Notes: a model not told the origin generated them from the sequence alone. A stretch of DNA of 64,000 bases from Antedon mediterranea (GCF_964355755.1 NC_092677.1:3742101-3806100), one strand, 5' to 3'. Counted from the first letter of the stretch, positions 13,575 to 26,951 are shown. A program made the numbers and translations.

Positions 13575-13740
13575 GCGCTACCAGTCCATCGCGCGCTACC
13601 AGTCCATCGCGCGCTACCAGTCCATCGCGCGTTAACAGTCCATCGCCCGCTACCAGTACATCGCGCACTACCAGTCCACCACGCGCTACCAGTCCATCGC
13701 GCGCTACCAGTCCATCGCGCGCCACCAGTCCATCGCGCGT
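13575..13740. repeat. 18-bp GC-rich minisatellite GCGCTACCAGTCCATCGC, about 9 copies
   Basis: Direct tandem units; period 18 (13575, 13593, ...). Confidence 0.95.
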
Positions 13741-13837
13741 GCTTTAAAAGCTTTCATTTAGGCACAACATTTTTAAGAACCCAGCGTTATAATACGATAT
13801 TATTAAATGATATAATTATATATATATATATATTCCA

Positions 13838-14258
13838 TTAAATGCGTTGCCAACGCAATTTTCTTCTAAGGAAGTACACCAGTTAAACCTACACATTTCA
13901 CGTGAAATGCATTGGCAACGCAATTTGCTTATAATTATGTACACCAGTTAAACCCACATTTCACTTAAAATGCGTTGCCAAGGGTTATAAGTACACCAGT
14001 TAAACCTATACATTTCACTTGAAATGCGTTGCCAACGCAATTTGTTTATAAATACACCAGTTAAACCTACACATTTCACTTGAAATGCGTTGCCAACGCA
14101 ATTTGCTTATAAATACACCAGTTGAACTTCAATTCACTTGAAATGCGTTGCCAACGCAATTTGCTTATAAATACACCAGTTAAACCTACACAATTCACTT
14201 GAAATGCGTTGCCAACGCAATTTGCTTATAAATTTACCAGTTAAACCTACACATTTCA
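13838..14258. repeat. ~60-bp minisatellite, about 7 copies, each with a TGCGTTG-C-CAACGCA palindrome
   Basis: aaatgcgttgccaacgcaatttgcttataaatacaccagttaaacctacacatttcacttg repeats with starts near 14022, 14083, 14141 and 14202. Confidence 0.92.
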
Positions 14259-14810
14259 TCAAAAATATTTAAAACGAATACCATGGTATTTATTATTTGT
14301 AGAGATAAATTGGAGATAGATTAACATTGTATATATTGTCGTATCAAAATGCGACGAAAAAGTAAATATCCTACATCATGGCAGTAAGTATACTCATAAA
14401 TTATTATCGTTTTTAAATATTAGAATAACAAATATATTTCTATTATCATTATATATTCAAACTTAATATTCACGAATATTACTTTTATCTCATAAATGTA
14501 TTCATACTTGTTCGCGAATAATATTGATTAATATTGTAAAAGGTATAAATTATTATATAGCGCTGTCGTAAACACGATAAAGAGAGACACCAGCTATTCA
14601 TTGAACTGCATCCAATTATTAGGTGACAAGTTGATCGTGCCAACACATTATTTTTAAAAGCATAAACAAAAATATCACAATAGTTGATTATTTTTATTAT
14701 ATAGTTATTTCTTAATATAATCTATATTATTCATTATATAGAATTTAAATTTCCGGCGAAGGAAAGTAGACAACATTTCCGACGCAACATAAAGATGTAA
14801 CGCAACGTAA

Positions 14811-14970
14811 AGCTTGGTTCCCACTACAACGTAACGCAAGGACGTTAACCAATGACAAGCGAAGTTATAGACAGTTAGCAATCACAAGCGAATAAGCCAT
14901 CGCTTGTGATTGGTCAATTCACTTGCGTTGCGTTACGTCCTTGTATTGCGTCGCTAGTGGGAACCACGCT
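14811..14970. mobile_element. Harbinger-like palindromic MITE (gcttggttcccactag family) nested in a related copy
   Basis: TIR agcttggttcccacta / tagtgggaaccacgct, TAA on both flanks. Other copies at 28406-28584, ~28770-28910, 33319-33498 and ~35395-35597. Confidence 0.85.
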
Positions 14971-15920
14971 TAAGTGAGTTGACCAATCATAAGCGATGGG
15001 TTACTTGTCACTTGTCATTGGTTAACACGCTTGCCTTCCGTCCTAGTGGAAATCAAGCTTTAGAGATTTTGCCTTCCCTCTTTGCGTCACATGTATATGT
15101 CCAGTTCCAGTTTCTCTTTTCCGTAACCGCGTACATAATGTAAGCGCATGCGAAAACAAACATTTTCTTCCATAACTTCAACAGAAATCGTATTCTGTGG
15201 CCGAATTATCATGGAGGTATGCCTCCATGGCATTATTAACTATGACTTCCCAAACGGCAGGGAAACACTTAAGGGTCATTACAAAAGTGACATAAGGGAT
15301 TCAACAAAGATGGTATTCTGCATGGTATTTCACCGACGGAATTGAAATTATAAAGTTGGGCAAACTTTTTTTACTGATTATAAAAATCATTCCGCGCGCG
15401 TACGCTCAGAAAATGAGCATGCGCGGAATTTTTGTTAAGCTCAGAGCTGATGACCAGTCGCGTGGTGAAAAACGAAATGTCGCTATTATATGCAATTAAA
15501 CTCAAATATTCAAGGACATTTTTGTGTAGCTGAACTTTTTGATAAAATCCGTCATTCCAAATATGTAAGAGTCTTATAATCAAACGATCAATCAAGAATT
15601 ATAATTGTTGCTCGTCGTTGATCATCTTCAGGGATCACAATATCTTATGGCACTTGCCTTTAAAACATTAAGCTTCCATACATTTTACCGTACTAAATGT
15701 AATGCCATTACCGTGAGTGCTATACACAATGACATAAAATTAAGTTTGTACCTCCTAATGGAATCGATCAATAAGTCTGATTGCAAATTTGAGAATGTTT
15801 ACCAGTTTTAGGTGAAAAGCCATTGATAGTACAGTAGTCTGCGTAGTTCATCATCTTAACCGCTAATTTATACTATTCTGCGATTCGTTTTGGCTGGAAT
15901 CTTTTTATCTAGTAGATTTG

Positions 15921-17480
15921 TTAACAATTAAATTCTTCTGAGAGTTCTTTGCCGCCATCTAGTTTTTGGAACATTTTTATCATGGAGTTAACGTGACCAT
16001 TAGCTATGCTGCGTTTGCTTTGTACTACTCCATCTTCCTCATTTTCCAGCGGTATAATTTTTACGTTTGTATTTCGAATATTGTCTGCTTCTTTGGCAGA
16101 CGATATGTTGCCGTTATCGCTGGTACTGATTTGGTTTGTCGTATTTGAAGCATTTTGTGACGTAGTTGCTGCTTCTTCGTCGTTCTTTTTTACCAAAACT
16201 ACAGATTGCGGAGTGGTAATAATGTCCATCTTCAGCGGCGTCGTTTCAGCAGTTTTTATTTGGATATCGTGGTGGGTAGATGTTTTGTCTGTCAGTGTCG
16301 TCTGCTTGTTGGTTCCGTGAAATTGAACTTCTGTTTCATTTTGTGTTATTTTCTGACCGTTGTTGTTTTTGTCTTCTTTTGGAGAGTTAGACTGAGGAAG
16401 GTTGCTATCTTGTATAGTTTGGCCATCGCTGCTGTCATCATCTTCTTTACCATCATCATCGTCCGTGTTTTGATGAACTGCAGCTGTCTGGTTACTGCTT
16501 CCTTTATTGTCACTTTTTTCAGTCGTTTCGATTTCCACAATCGCTGGTTCGTCTTCTTCATCACTGATCATAATAAACTGTCGTTTTCCTGAAACTTTCT
16601 CTGATGGAACGTCCTCTTCTGAATAGCCGCGTAAAATATCATCTATATTCTGATCATCAAGTTTAGGTCTATTAGCTGAAATTATAGAAATCTTCGACTT
16701 TTCTGGAGTTTTAGGAGGAGATACAGTTTTTGCCTCGCTTTCATTCTGACGTTCTAACGCAAATCTAACAGATTTTTTACGTGACGACACACTGTCCTGT
16801 TTTGCAGAACCATTTTTATCTAAAACATCCTGATTGCTTGGTTTCATGATACCTTTCTGTGATTTATTCGTTAATTTGTTTCTTTTATTCTTTAATTTTT
16901 TATCTGAATTCTTCTTTTTAATAGCTTTTGTTTTTGTTGCGCTTGCATCTCTTTCTTCATCAATCGAACCAGCAGAGTTCATCCGAATGATATCTGCACG
17001 CTGTTTACTCCGATGATGAGGGTCAATCCGTTGGTGGCGTTCCCTTTGTTTTCCATTCTTTGATGACTTCTTACCAACCATCGTTATCGATGTTAGTTGA
17101 AGTTCTTGTGCAGACAAATCCTGAACTGGATCGGAAGACTTCTGAAGACTCACATCACCTGTTCCCTTAGCCAAACCATTTTGCTTAATATGTTCGTGCA
17201 AACTTTCTAAACGTCTGTTTTCCGACTTTGTCGTCTGTTCCGTCGTTTCAGAGATAACTGACACTGAGGTAATTCCATGACCATTTTGTTGTGATGAGTT
17301 TGTGTATCGAGATGATGACTCTACTTTATCGAACTTAACTTTTTTTTTTAGTGTCGTACTCCGTCGATTGTGACGAACAAAAAAGTATACAGAAATTATA
17401 AATGTCTCGATTATCAGAACACCGCTAACGGCAGCCAATCCGTAGGCCTGCCAACTTCGAGAACAATTCATGTCATCCAT
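15921..17480 (-). CDS. Uncharacterised 519-aa single-pass membrane protein with a long disordered cytoplasmic tail
   Basis: 1560-nt ORF in AT-rich DNA. A tttcacag acceptor lies 10 nt upstream of the ATG (intron ends at 17491). One hydrophobic segment (YGLAAVSGVLIIETFIISVYFFV) is followed by basic RHNRR. Confidence 0.85.
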   Translation of the reverse strand: MDDMNCSRSWQAYGLAAVSGVLIIETFIISVYFFVRHNRRSTTLKKKVKFDKVESSSRYTNSSQQNGHGITSVSVISETTEQTTKSENRRLESLHEHIKQNGLAKGTGDVSLQKSSDPVQDLSAQELQLTSITMVGKKSSKNGKQRERHQRIDPHHRSKQRADIIRMNSAGSIDEERDASATKTKAIKKKNSDKKLKNKRNKLTNKSQKGIMKPSNQDVLDKNGSAKQDSVSSRKKSVRFALERQNESEAKTVSPPKTPEKSKISIISANRPKLDDQNIDDILRGYSEEDVPSEKVSGKRQFIMISDEEDEPAIVEIETTEKSDNKGSSNQTAAVHQNTDDDDGKEDDDSSDGQTIQDSNLPQSNSPKEDKNNNGQKITQNETEVQFHGTNKQTTLTDKTSTHHDIQIKTAETTPLKMDIITTPQSVVLVKKNDEEAATTSQNASNTTNQISTSDNGNISSAKEADNIRNTNVKIIPLENEEDGVVQSKRSIANGHVNSMIKMFQKLDGGKELSEEFNC

Positions 17481-19005
17481 AATCCATTTACTGTGAAATG
17501 AGAAGAGAAAGACAATATTGATAGATGGCCATACACATTTCTGATTGAAACCCCTATTCTTAAAACGAACTTCAGTATGTTAACTTGTGACTTGAAACTT
17601 TGTAATAGTCTACGAGTAGTCCTACTGAGTTTTGACTTAATATTAGTAAAAGGATAAATATTTTGGCATATATGGCGTTTCATATGTATACAACTATTTC
17701 AGACAAACATCAAAATGCCTCGAAATAACTACAATCTTGGGCAAGTCTCGTTTACGCGCAAGCATTACGATAGTTCCCGATAGTTTAGTTTAGTTAGAAC
17801 CCCTATTAAGGGGACACCCCCTCGACCCCCATCAAAGTATCCCCTTAATTGGATTAGTCTTCGGAATAGGGATGTCTCTACCGTGAATTAGGCCTAGAAT
17901 GTATTGTAGTCGGGACATGATTGAAGTATGAGCAAAACAAAATTAAATCATCTAAATTTAATTCTAACAGTGCTGTGAAACGAGCGACGTGTTACATTTC
18001 TGTCGGCAAAAGACCTATATTATTCTCATAAAAAATCTGCATTTGATTTATATACTGCGTTGTTTACAGATAGCAAATAAACCATAAATAGTACTATCAA
18101 TACTTATGTATTGATATGTAAAGCCTTGCTACACTATCAAACTATCAAACAAACAATGTGATGTGCCCATATATGGACATGATGATGTCATATCACTACC
18201 ATTTGTGGGCATACCACTACCATATTTGGACACATAACACTTTTTTCGACCCATTTCATTGAAGTAATGTTATTACGCCGTTAATTCCGCCATGGTCTCG
18301 TCTCAATACAACGAGCAGAAAACAAAAACAAATTTAGCTTCTCCAGAATGTCCTGCTAGCAACTGTTACATCATTGTATAACACTAAGATCGGATAAAAC
18401 TAGTATCCCCTAAGTTACTGGAAAAGTGTTTGTATTAAAAAACACTATTTTCTGACCGATTTTGATTTTTTGGAAAATATTTCCATATATTTTCCCTGTT
18501 TTTTATATAAAATCAATTTCAATTGAACATACTTAGACATAATATAAGCTAAGAAAGTCTGAGTGAAGCTCCACTTTAATGTCCTAAACAATGCCATGAC
18601 GTAACCCATACGTAATATATACGTTTTTATTCATTCGGTCAAAATCAATTCAATGACATAATACAGAAAAAATTTACGAGAAAAATATTACAAGCAATAG
18701 AAATGGGAATTAATATTTTGTAGTGGGCTCATATATCCGATAGATAGTTAGACAGACCTGAATTTACAACAATTTTACATAGGACACATAGATGTCGTTG
18801 ACTTGTCATTCACCTAATGTGATTTCTAATGTACTTTACTAATCTGCTATGGGACGCCTGGGCCGTGTCTAATGATATAATCTACTAATCTAATCATTAT
18901 TGCCTTTAGGCAACACACTAAAAAAAGTGTGATTACAATTTCACTATAATTCAAAATATTGATAGTTTACTGCTATACACGCGTATAAATCTTCATGTGG
19001 ACTAA

Positions 19006-19781
19006 GGTCGTGTTTATACAACACCCTAAATTTGAACACGGCTTAAATTTTTAGCGTGTTGTTCGGACCGAGGTCAACCCACCTTAACGTTTGCTGTTAT
19101 ACTAGAAATCACGATGCCGTGTTGTACCGGAAGTTTCATCAACACGCAGTGCATGCTAGGATAAAAGGTCAAATCGTTGATCGCTTGAATTGAATTGTTG
19201 GCTGGGTTGTTGTCAACAAATCATCGTCGCCTCCTCGCTGTCCGATGATTCGCGCGGTTTTTACCATTTTCATTATTGTATTCGTTCACGTTTGCATTGT
19301 TGTTTATTTTGTTCTCGGTTCATTTAAATTAATAAAAGTTATTTTAAGGGTTTCATTGTTTCATCTATACACTATGGAAGAAGATGCCATTTTTGCGATG
19401 TTATTTTTTATTCTGTTTGGAGTGGGAAACGATAGTCTATAGAGGCCTACTACCACTACGAGTTGGCCCTACCAGGCTAGGCGTAAGACGTGGTAGGAGG
19501 ATGATTGCTGGCAGCGAAGCAGCAATAAATGGGCCCAATCTTGTTAGACGTCGCATGACATGATTGATATTACGACCTGTTTTAACGAGAGGTCAAAATA
19601 TACCCTGAGGACACTTCCAACACGGTAACGGCGACCGGGAATCCACCAAATTTTAGGATTCAGCCAAGTAGCCTTTTTTGCAATTAAAATCTCATTACAC
19701 GGAATCTCTTTGTTGTTATACAACACACTTCTCGTAGGCGTGTAGAATATGCGTGTAATAGCGTGTTGTATAAACGCGCCC
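19006..19781. mobile_element. PIF/Harbinger-like non-autonomous element (776 bp)
   Basis: TIR ggtcgtgtttatacaacac / gtgttgtataaacgcgccc, TAA on both flanks. An internally deleted mini-copy lies at ~5069-5131. Confidence 0.85.
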
Positions 19782-20235
19782 TAATTTAGTCACAACTGAT
19801 CGATTCATTTACTTAATTGGAATCATCAGAGGGTCAGTGCCGTTGTTATTGTTTACTAGATCAAACAAATTATACTAAGGAGAAACGACAGTAAATTGGG
19901 GCTGTTCTAATTATTTTGTGCTGGTGGTGCGCACTGTTTAAAACCATTAGTCTAATATTTTTGCTCCTTTTTTTAACATTGACGATGACACTTTTTTGTC
20001 AAACTAGTTTGATAGTGTAGACAGAGCTTTAAACCATCCGTGGTCTGCGTTAATCATCAGTCATTTCAATCTTTTCTGTCTTCTATGTCTGTTATTGGCT
20101 ATTCATTCGACAATGTGTTGAAAAAGATTTTAAAAGATTGAATATTGTGAAATAAATGGGTTTTTAAAACAATGTGGGCTTATTCTCAACGTTACTTTAC
20201 TATCTTTTAGAAAGACAATTTTGTACCAATAAAGC

Positions 20236-20449
20236 AATTAATTATTATTATTAATTAATTATTATTATTAATTAATTATTATTATTAATTAATTATTATT
20301 ATTAATTAATTATTATTATTAATTAATTATTATTATTAATTAATTATTATTATTAATTAATTATTATTATTAATTAATTATTATTATTAATTAATTATTA
20401 TTATTAATTAATTATTATTATTAATTAATTATTATTATTAATTAATTAT
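20236..20449. repeat. Pure-AT 17-bp tandem repeat (AATTAATTATTATTATT)n, about 12 copies
   Basis: Direct reading; period 17. Confidence 0.95.
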
Positions 20450-22249
20450 GATTTGTATTTGTTTACTCTTTAACCTGTTTATCTAAATACATTATGTGTA
20501 GGCCTAACGTTGTTATTTGTACCTGAAAATTGAATAAAATAATTTTTTTTTAAATAAAATGTAATCATACAATACTATTTATATGTATCATGAGCTTTGA
20601 AACAAACTAAAAACGTCTGTTATTACAGTTTAAAAAATAGAGTTACTGCAGTAACTGCAGTGGAATAATTTCATAATAATGATCCCTTATTTCTCTAAAT
20701 CATTTTTACTGATAATAATTGTATATACCTATGGGACTTAGGCCATGATACGAAATAATTAAGAATCCAATTGATCTTAATTATTACTGCGAGGTAGAAA
20801 GTTAATTTTAGTCCTTACGTTGATTAATCTGATTATCTCTGTGGTTAAAGTTGGAATCCCATCGGAAAACTACTACATTACACTAGAACGCTCATCATTA
20901 ATCGTACTCCTTCTAGTAAAAAAATAAATTAAAGAAAAATATTTATGTAGGCCTATTTTAATTTTTAGAACGGTAGCCCTAATTTATCTATATATAACTA
21001 TTTGTTTTTCGATGTTTAGGGGCTGAACTTTTTTTAACTACCGTATTTTTTATTCCCTCCACTTGATATATTATGTTTTATTTATGTTACAATATTTATA
21101 CTTAATATTCGTAAAGTAATAAAAAGAAAGAAAGAAAGAAAGTATTTGAGAATTTCACAATGAGAAAGTATAGGCCTATTCATTCAATTTATAATAATTT
21201 TACAAATCCGTTCAAAAAAGATTTAAAAAAATATCACACTCCAAAGACTCATAAGCTAGAATCCTATTATAGTTTTAAAAAAAACTTTCTTTCAGATAAA
21301 GATGTATTGTCCCCAAAAACATGAAAAATTAAGATTAATAAAATCAGAATTTAAATAGGCCATTTGCAATTTTAATCAAGTTATTCACTTATGTAAAACA
21401 AAAATAAAAAAAAAATAAAATATATATAGGCCTATATTTTACTTAGAAAAAGACAAAAGATTTAATTTTAACAAAAAACCATTGTCTGACAGACAATATG
21501 TTTTGCTTTAAATTACATCTATTTCAGGTAAATTTTTTTTTTTCAACCAATTTTTGGTCAAAGTGAATAATTATTATATTCAACAGCAATAGCATATTCA
21601 ACAAAAAAATTTAATAAAAAATGTAGGGAGACAATATCTTTAAAGGAAAACTGTTTTACAAATATAAGATAACAGAATACAAAAATACCTAAATAAAAAA
21701 TAAAAATACTGCTGGCTGCCGTGGGTCCGTGGTGGGCCTAATCCGAATTTCCTCACTGAGGACAAACATTAATACAAAATACAAAAATACAAAATACCTA
21801 ACTAACTGAAGAGAACCTATAGTAAGTGCACGCTCTGTCCTTAGGACATCAGTACAGTGATTACTACTATTAATATTAGTATTCAAAGCCTAACATATTT
21901 GAAGTAATAATACGCCGGTATCTATTGTGCTAATTTGGCGTGTAGATTATATTCCCGTTATACATCAAACATTATTCATGTCAGTCCTGGTAAATGCATT
22001 TCTGTTTTGTAAAAACAAACGTATAATAGACAAGATGACGTGAGTTTTAAGGTGTATTTTCTATTATACACAACTTTGTGCAACTGTAAATTACACTGAT
22101 AATTGTGTTATTATTATTGCCGTTTGTCTGGTGATACATAATATGTTCGGTAGTGCATGAAATTCAAGTAGGCAAACTCAAAAGATTTTTGGTATTGTTT
22201 TCATTTTTTTATCCTAAATGGTTGTAGGCGGTAAAGGTTATAGAATATT

Positions 22250-22415
22250 ATACAAATAATGAATGTTTATGAGTGCAATGGTACAAATAATGGCACGAGG
22301 TGAATGATGAAAGGTTATATCAACGAGGCAAAGCCGAGTTGATATAACCTTTCATCATTCACCAAGTGCCATTATTTGTACCATTACACGAATACAAAAC
22401 ATTCATTATTTGTTT
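22250..22415 (+). repeat. Long imperfect hairpin (~80-bp arms), probably part of a non-autonomous element
   Basis: ...gaatgatgaaaggttatatcaacgaggc-aaa-gccgagttgatataacctttcatcattc... Confidence 0.9.
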
Positions 22416-23999
22416 TATATAACATCTAGACGTTTTTTTTCGTACACAAAAATGTTTCAAAAAGTACTATTTAACGATCGTTGAATAGTGCGTACTATTG
22501 CACGCCATGTGACCCACATTCGTCCAATCAAATGACAGGAATTTATATAGGTGTTATATAATATAATATATTTATCTAGAATAGTACAGTACTACCTTTT
22601 GTGTAAACTTTATCAGGTGATTGTCTTTACTGTCTGTGTCTGTTTTATTCCTTTTTTATATTTATAATATATATATTATAGGATTTTACGTATATACTTT
22701 CTGTATTATTTTTACCCATTTGTTGATATTGTAAATGTGTATCATATTGTTACTACACATGACAGGCAACACATTTAAAACTTTGTTCCTGAGTTTGACA
22801 AAACAAAAGTTTTATTGCTTGCTTCAGATAAGAATTTATTTTATTTTTTATTTAACATATTTAGGCAGGATAACATAATTCAGAAATAAAAAGATCACAA
22901 AATTTCTGTTTTTCAATATGGTCCTGCAATGAAACAACCTAAGCGAATATAAAAATTGTGTTTTCAATTATTGTTTTTTTATTTATTACGGTACTTTTTT
23001 TAAAAAAGTTTTGCTTATACCTCTGTATCGTTAAGACTGACGTAGCTCGATCTACCTCTGATATAACTCCGATAAGTTTGAGAGGAATTCGATTTTACGC
23101 TATACAAACATGAACGGAGAACACGTTAAAGAGTTCGATGCACCGACCTGGATATTCTCCTCATATCGTAAAGCTCTGTTTACACTATCAAACTAGTTTG
23201 ACAAAAATAGTGTGATGTGCCCAAATATGGTAGTGATATGCCCAAATGTGGTAGTTATATGACATCATCATGTCCATATATAGACAGATCTTTAAATTTA
23301 ACCTATATAGTATTTGCACTGAGCATCTGTAATTAGTACACGGAATTTACTATAGTAGTTAAACGGGTAAACACGCCACAATCAAACAGTTTGGTCTATT
23401 ATAGCCTATGGGCACTGTGTGTGTGTTGCGTCAAAACAACGATTTTAACCTTTATTTAATTGTTCTTTATACGATTCGGTTCAACAATATATTTCTATTA
23501 AAAATTGTTGACAATTGCCTCACCTATTGTATAACATGTGTTCAAATTCAGTTACTGCGGTTAAATTAAAATGAATGCCTACTTTTTAATTATATTTGTC
23601 CAACATATTGCTCTTTTACTTTATTTATCCACTTTCATTCAGCAATATCACTTCAACGTATCAATTGAAGCTATTTGAAACTATCTTAAGCGAAGATCTT
23701 GGAAAAACACTTCAAAATGTGTCAGTCATGTATGTTGTACTGCATTTCTGACATTCATGTATTGCTTACAAATTGTTTTAAACTATTTTAAGCTATGTTT
23801 ACAGTATACTAACAAACCTCATGCGATGTGAAAAAATGTGATGTGCCCATGATGATTCTATATCACTACCATATTTTGGCATATCACTACCATGTGGGCA
23901 CATCACACTTTTTTGTCAAACTAGTTTGATAATGTAGTATAGCCTAGAGCTTTACACGATCTTAGAAAACCGAAATTATGTATGAAGCTTAAATTATCT

Positions 24000-24103
24000 T
24001 TTTAGTCGCGTGGACGCGACTCTATAGTTAACTATGTCGGTCGGTCTGTCGGTCCGGTATCTCTATGCGTTTTATCACGCGACTTATGGCTGTTGGCCTT
24101 GTT
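24000..24103 (+). mobile_element. Helentron-associated (HINE/DINE-1-like) short element
   Basis: T-run, then agtcgcgt..acgcgact stem, (GTCG)n microsatellite and ggccttgTT end. Reverse copies lie at ~52475-53140 (with an internal insert) and 56234-56340. Confidence 0.6.
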
Positions 24104-26951
24104 TGTTGTACACTGTATTATCACCATTTTGATTTTGTTTCATATCTTTTAACACTTGTAAAGTGTAATTTTACTTTTGTTAAATCTTTTAATATAAATG
24201 AATGACAAATTTTAAAGTTTAAACTTTATTTATTGTTTATCGAATATTAGCAAAAATAGTGATATATAATCCTAATTATTTTTCGACAGTAGTAGAAGCA
24301 AAAAGAGCGTAGTGAGAAAATAAAAAGTGGGGTTCAGGGCCCGGAGCTACCATTTAAGTTAATATTAAATCTGATCCATCATTAGGCCTATTCTCTAGCA
24401 GAGATATTGTGATCTTTAACTTGCTTGATTTATAACACTGACTAATTTTTTTAATTCGTTTTGTTTCGTTGAATTTATATTCATTTATTCTCAGCTTACA
24501 GATTGTAAATCCTTTAATCGGACTCTAGAGACCTTCATTTATTACAACGGCCGTGTTTGACACATATGCATCTGGTAAAAATGAAAAAAGGGAATAGTAT
24601 TAGTATATAAATATAGTACGGTACCCCCAGTTTATCTTCTGTTTTTCTCATGCAATCTACACTATTTTGACAACTTCCAAAATGTCTATGTATACATGAT
24701 ATTATCTTAATAACCTGAATTGATTTTGCCTTTTGCCTTTTCCCTCTAACTACATATAGTCCTATCAATTATTCAATTTTATTTGCTATAATTGAAGTGG
24801 CTGCTGCACCCACCCCCCCCCCCCCGTTTGGTTTATATACAAGTGACCCCCCGGGCTTTGTAGTATGAGCCAATTGTACACAATCGGGCCTATAATTATT
24901 TGTAATGACGTCATCATGTTTTTCAACCAGGAAGAACCTGTTAGGCCTGGTTCATGTTGTTTATTTAATATCATACTAACCTGGCCTAAAGCGACACCTG
25001 TGCCCTACCAAATTATAATTCTAAAACTTCGAAACTATTAATTACCTTTCCTAGAATCTCAACCTTCTAAGGTAGTTCTCCGTCTGTTCATTCAACGACG
25101 ATGTTTTCAATATTTCCAGAAAAAAGGCATAATACATCTACACGGCTTAAAAGGCAAATGGGAAACATCCTAGAGATAGATATTGTGTAAACTATGGTGT
25201 AAAGGGATCAGTGAATCTTTTATATTTCAACAATACTTGGAACAATAACTTAAACTTGTTACTCAGCCATCTGAAACGTGTTCTTTTCACACGCTTGTTA
25301 TTCAGAACTCGATCGGGACCGCGATTTAATGATCGCAGTGAACCGAAGCCAATCAATCCCCCCAAACAGTATCGTTTACATCGCTTTTTACCATTAAAAG
25401 CAAAGTAAAGTGAGAAGAGTGTTTCATTAAGTATATTTTAATAATTAATAATCGTATGATTAGTTTATGCATTAAAAGTATAAAATCCCAGTGGAGCTTT
25501 GTGATTAACGCGCCTTTCAACCCCAAGGTCCATGTCTATTGTAGTAAGGTTCAATCTTCTAGTTTTCACGCTGCTGCTCTAGCCCGCTACGTCCCATTAG
25601 GACTACTCAATCAGAAGCTAAAGCAAGCAGCAGTTATAGTTCTAAGGACAGACAGTTTTGTGAAAATGGAAACTCCACTATGATTTATTGATTCCAGCTG
25701 CTACAGTAGACCCAAAAAACGTCTGGGAAAGAGTCTATTAGGACATGTCATGCTAAAATTACAAATCCCTAAGCATTTCTGGTATATTCACTGTCAGATA
25801 TTCATTGAATTATTATCGAAACCGTCCAATAAAGTTTGTGTTTGTAATAGGATACTTCACAATTGAAATATCTAGGGTGATGAAGTGACCCCCAGATTTG
25901 ACCTTAGCAATAAAATTAACTAAAGTAACAGAAATTTAGTATTCACTTCTGTTGTAACAAAAATATAATATTTATTCACATATTATAAAAAAAGAAAAGA
26001 AACCCAAAAACCATTGTCTGACAGACAATTTAAGTATTTGTTGCTTTAAATTACATTTTTTCAGGTAAAATAACTATTATGTGACAATAAAATGACACAT
26101 TAAAAAACTTTTGAAATAAAAAATATTTTTCAATAAGCGAGCAGCGTTTTTTGTAAGAAATATTTCTTGTTACAAGTTGTAATTCAGAACTTTTATAAGC
26201 ATGGTGTATGGCGCGCCAACGGTGAATTATAAAATGTTATTCATCCTGTTATTGACGAGTTTCTTGTTGTTGATCCCGTGTATGGAAACGTGTCATAGAT
26301 TTAAGACAGGAAGAGAACCTTTTCCCAAGTAAGGTATCAATCGCTTCATGCATATTCCCTTGCTTTTTATAGTTTATGCCTTAACATGTTAAAAAAATAG
26401 CCGCCGAAAACCATAATTAGTCGATTTTTGTCTATGTATCAGCATGGTGTATGAACGGTGAATTATAAAATGTTATCTATCCTGTTATTTTTCTTGCTGT
26501 TTGATCCCATGTAGGAGTTTTTGTTGTTGTCTACGTCTCAGTCGGTCTGGTTGATCCTTCACTTATTAAAATTAATTTTCTAAGAAAAGTAGTCATTCAT
26601 TGCATTCATAAGTATTTTTTATTATTCGCAGTGATTGATTTTAATGTTAACAATCATTACTAATTCAAATGTTGATTGAAATGGATTTATGTCCGGTTGT
26701 CACATGATTGTAACATTATACTATAGATTATCGTTAACATCATTCGGTAAGAAGCATAATTGATTGATAACAAGCAATCGTCGCCTATGTAGAATCTTGT
26801 CTTGTTTTCCATTTTTACTACTTAGTAAATGTCCAAATCCTCGTGATTATCTATTCCGTAAAAGAACGTAGCATACAGTATTCGTAAATCTTGGTTACGA
26901 CTAGCACACACATCGTAACGCAACCTACGCAACGTAAGAAAATGCCCTTCC

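Noticed and set aside
13838-14258. CRISPR-like array (palindromic repeat with regular spacing)
   Set aside because: The intervening segments are copies of each other, not unique spacers. There are no cas genes and the context is eukaryotic.
19245-19726. Transposase ORF inside the 776-bp Harbinger-like element
   Set aside because: Only short frames without recognisable DDE or Myb motifs. No autonomous transposon was found anywhere in the window.
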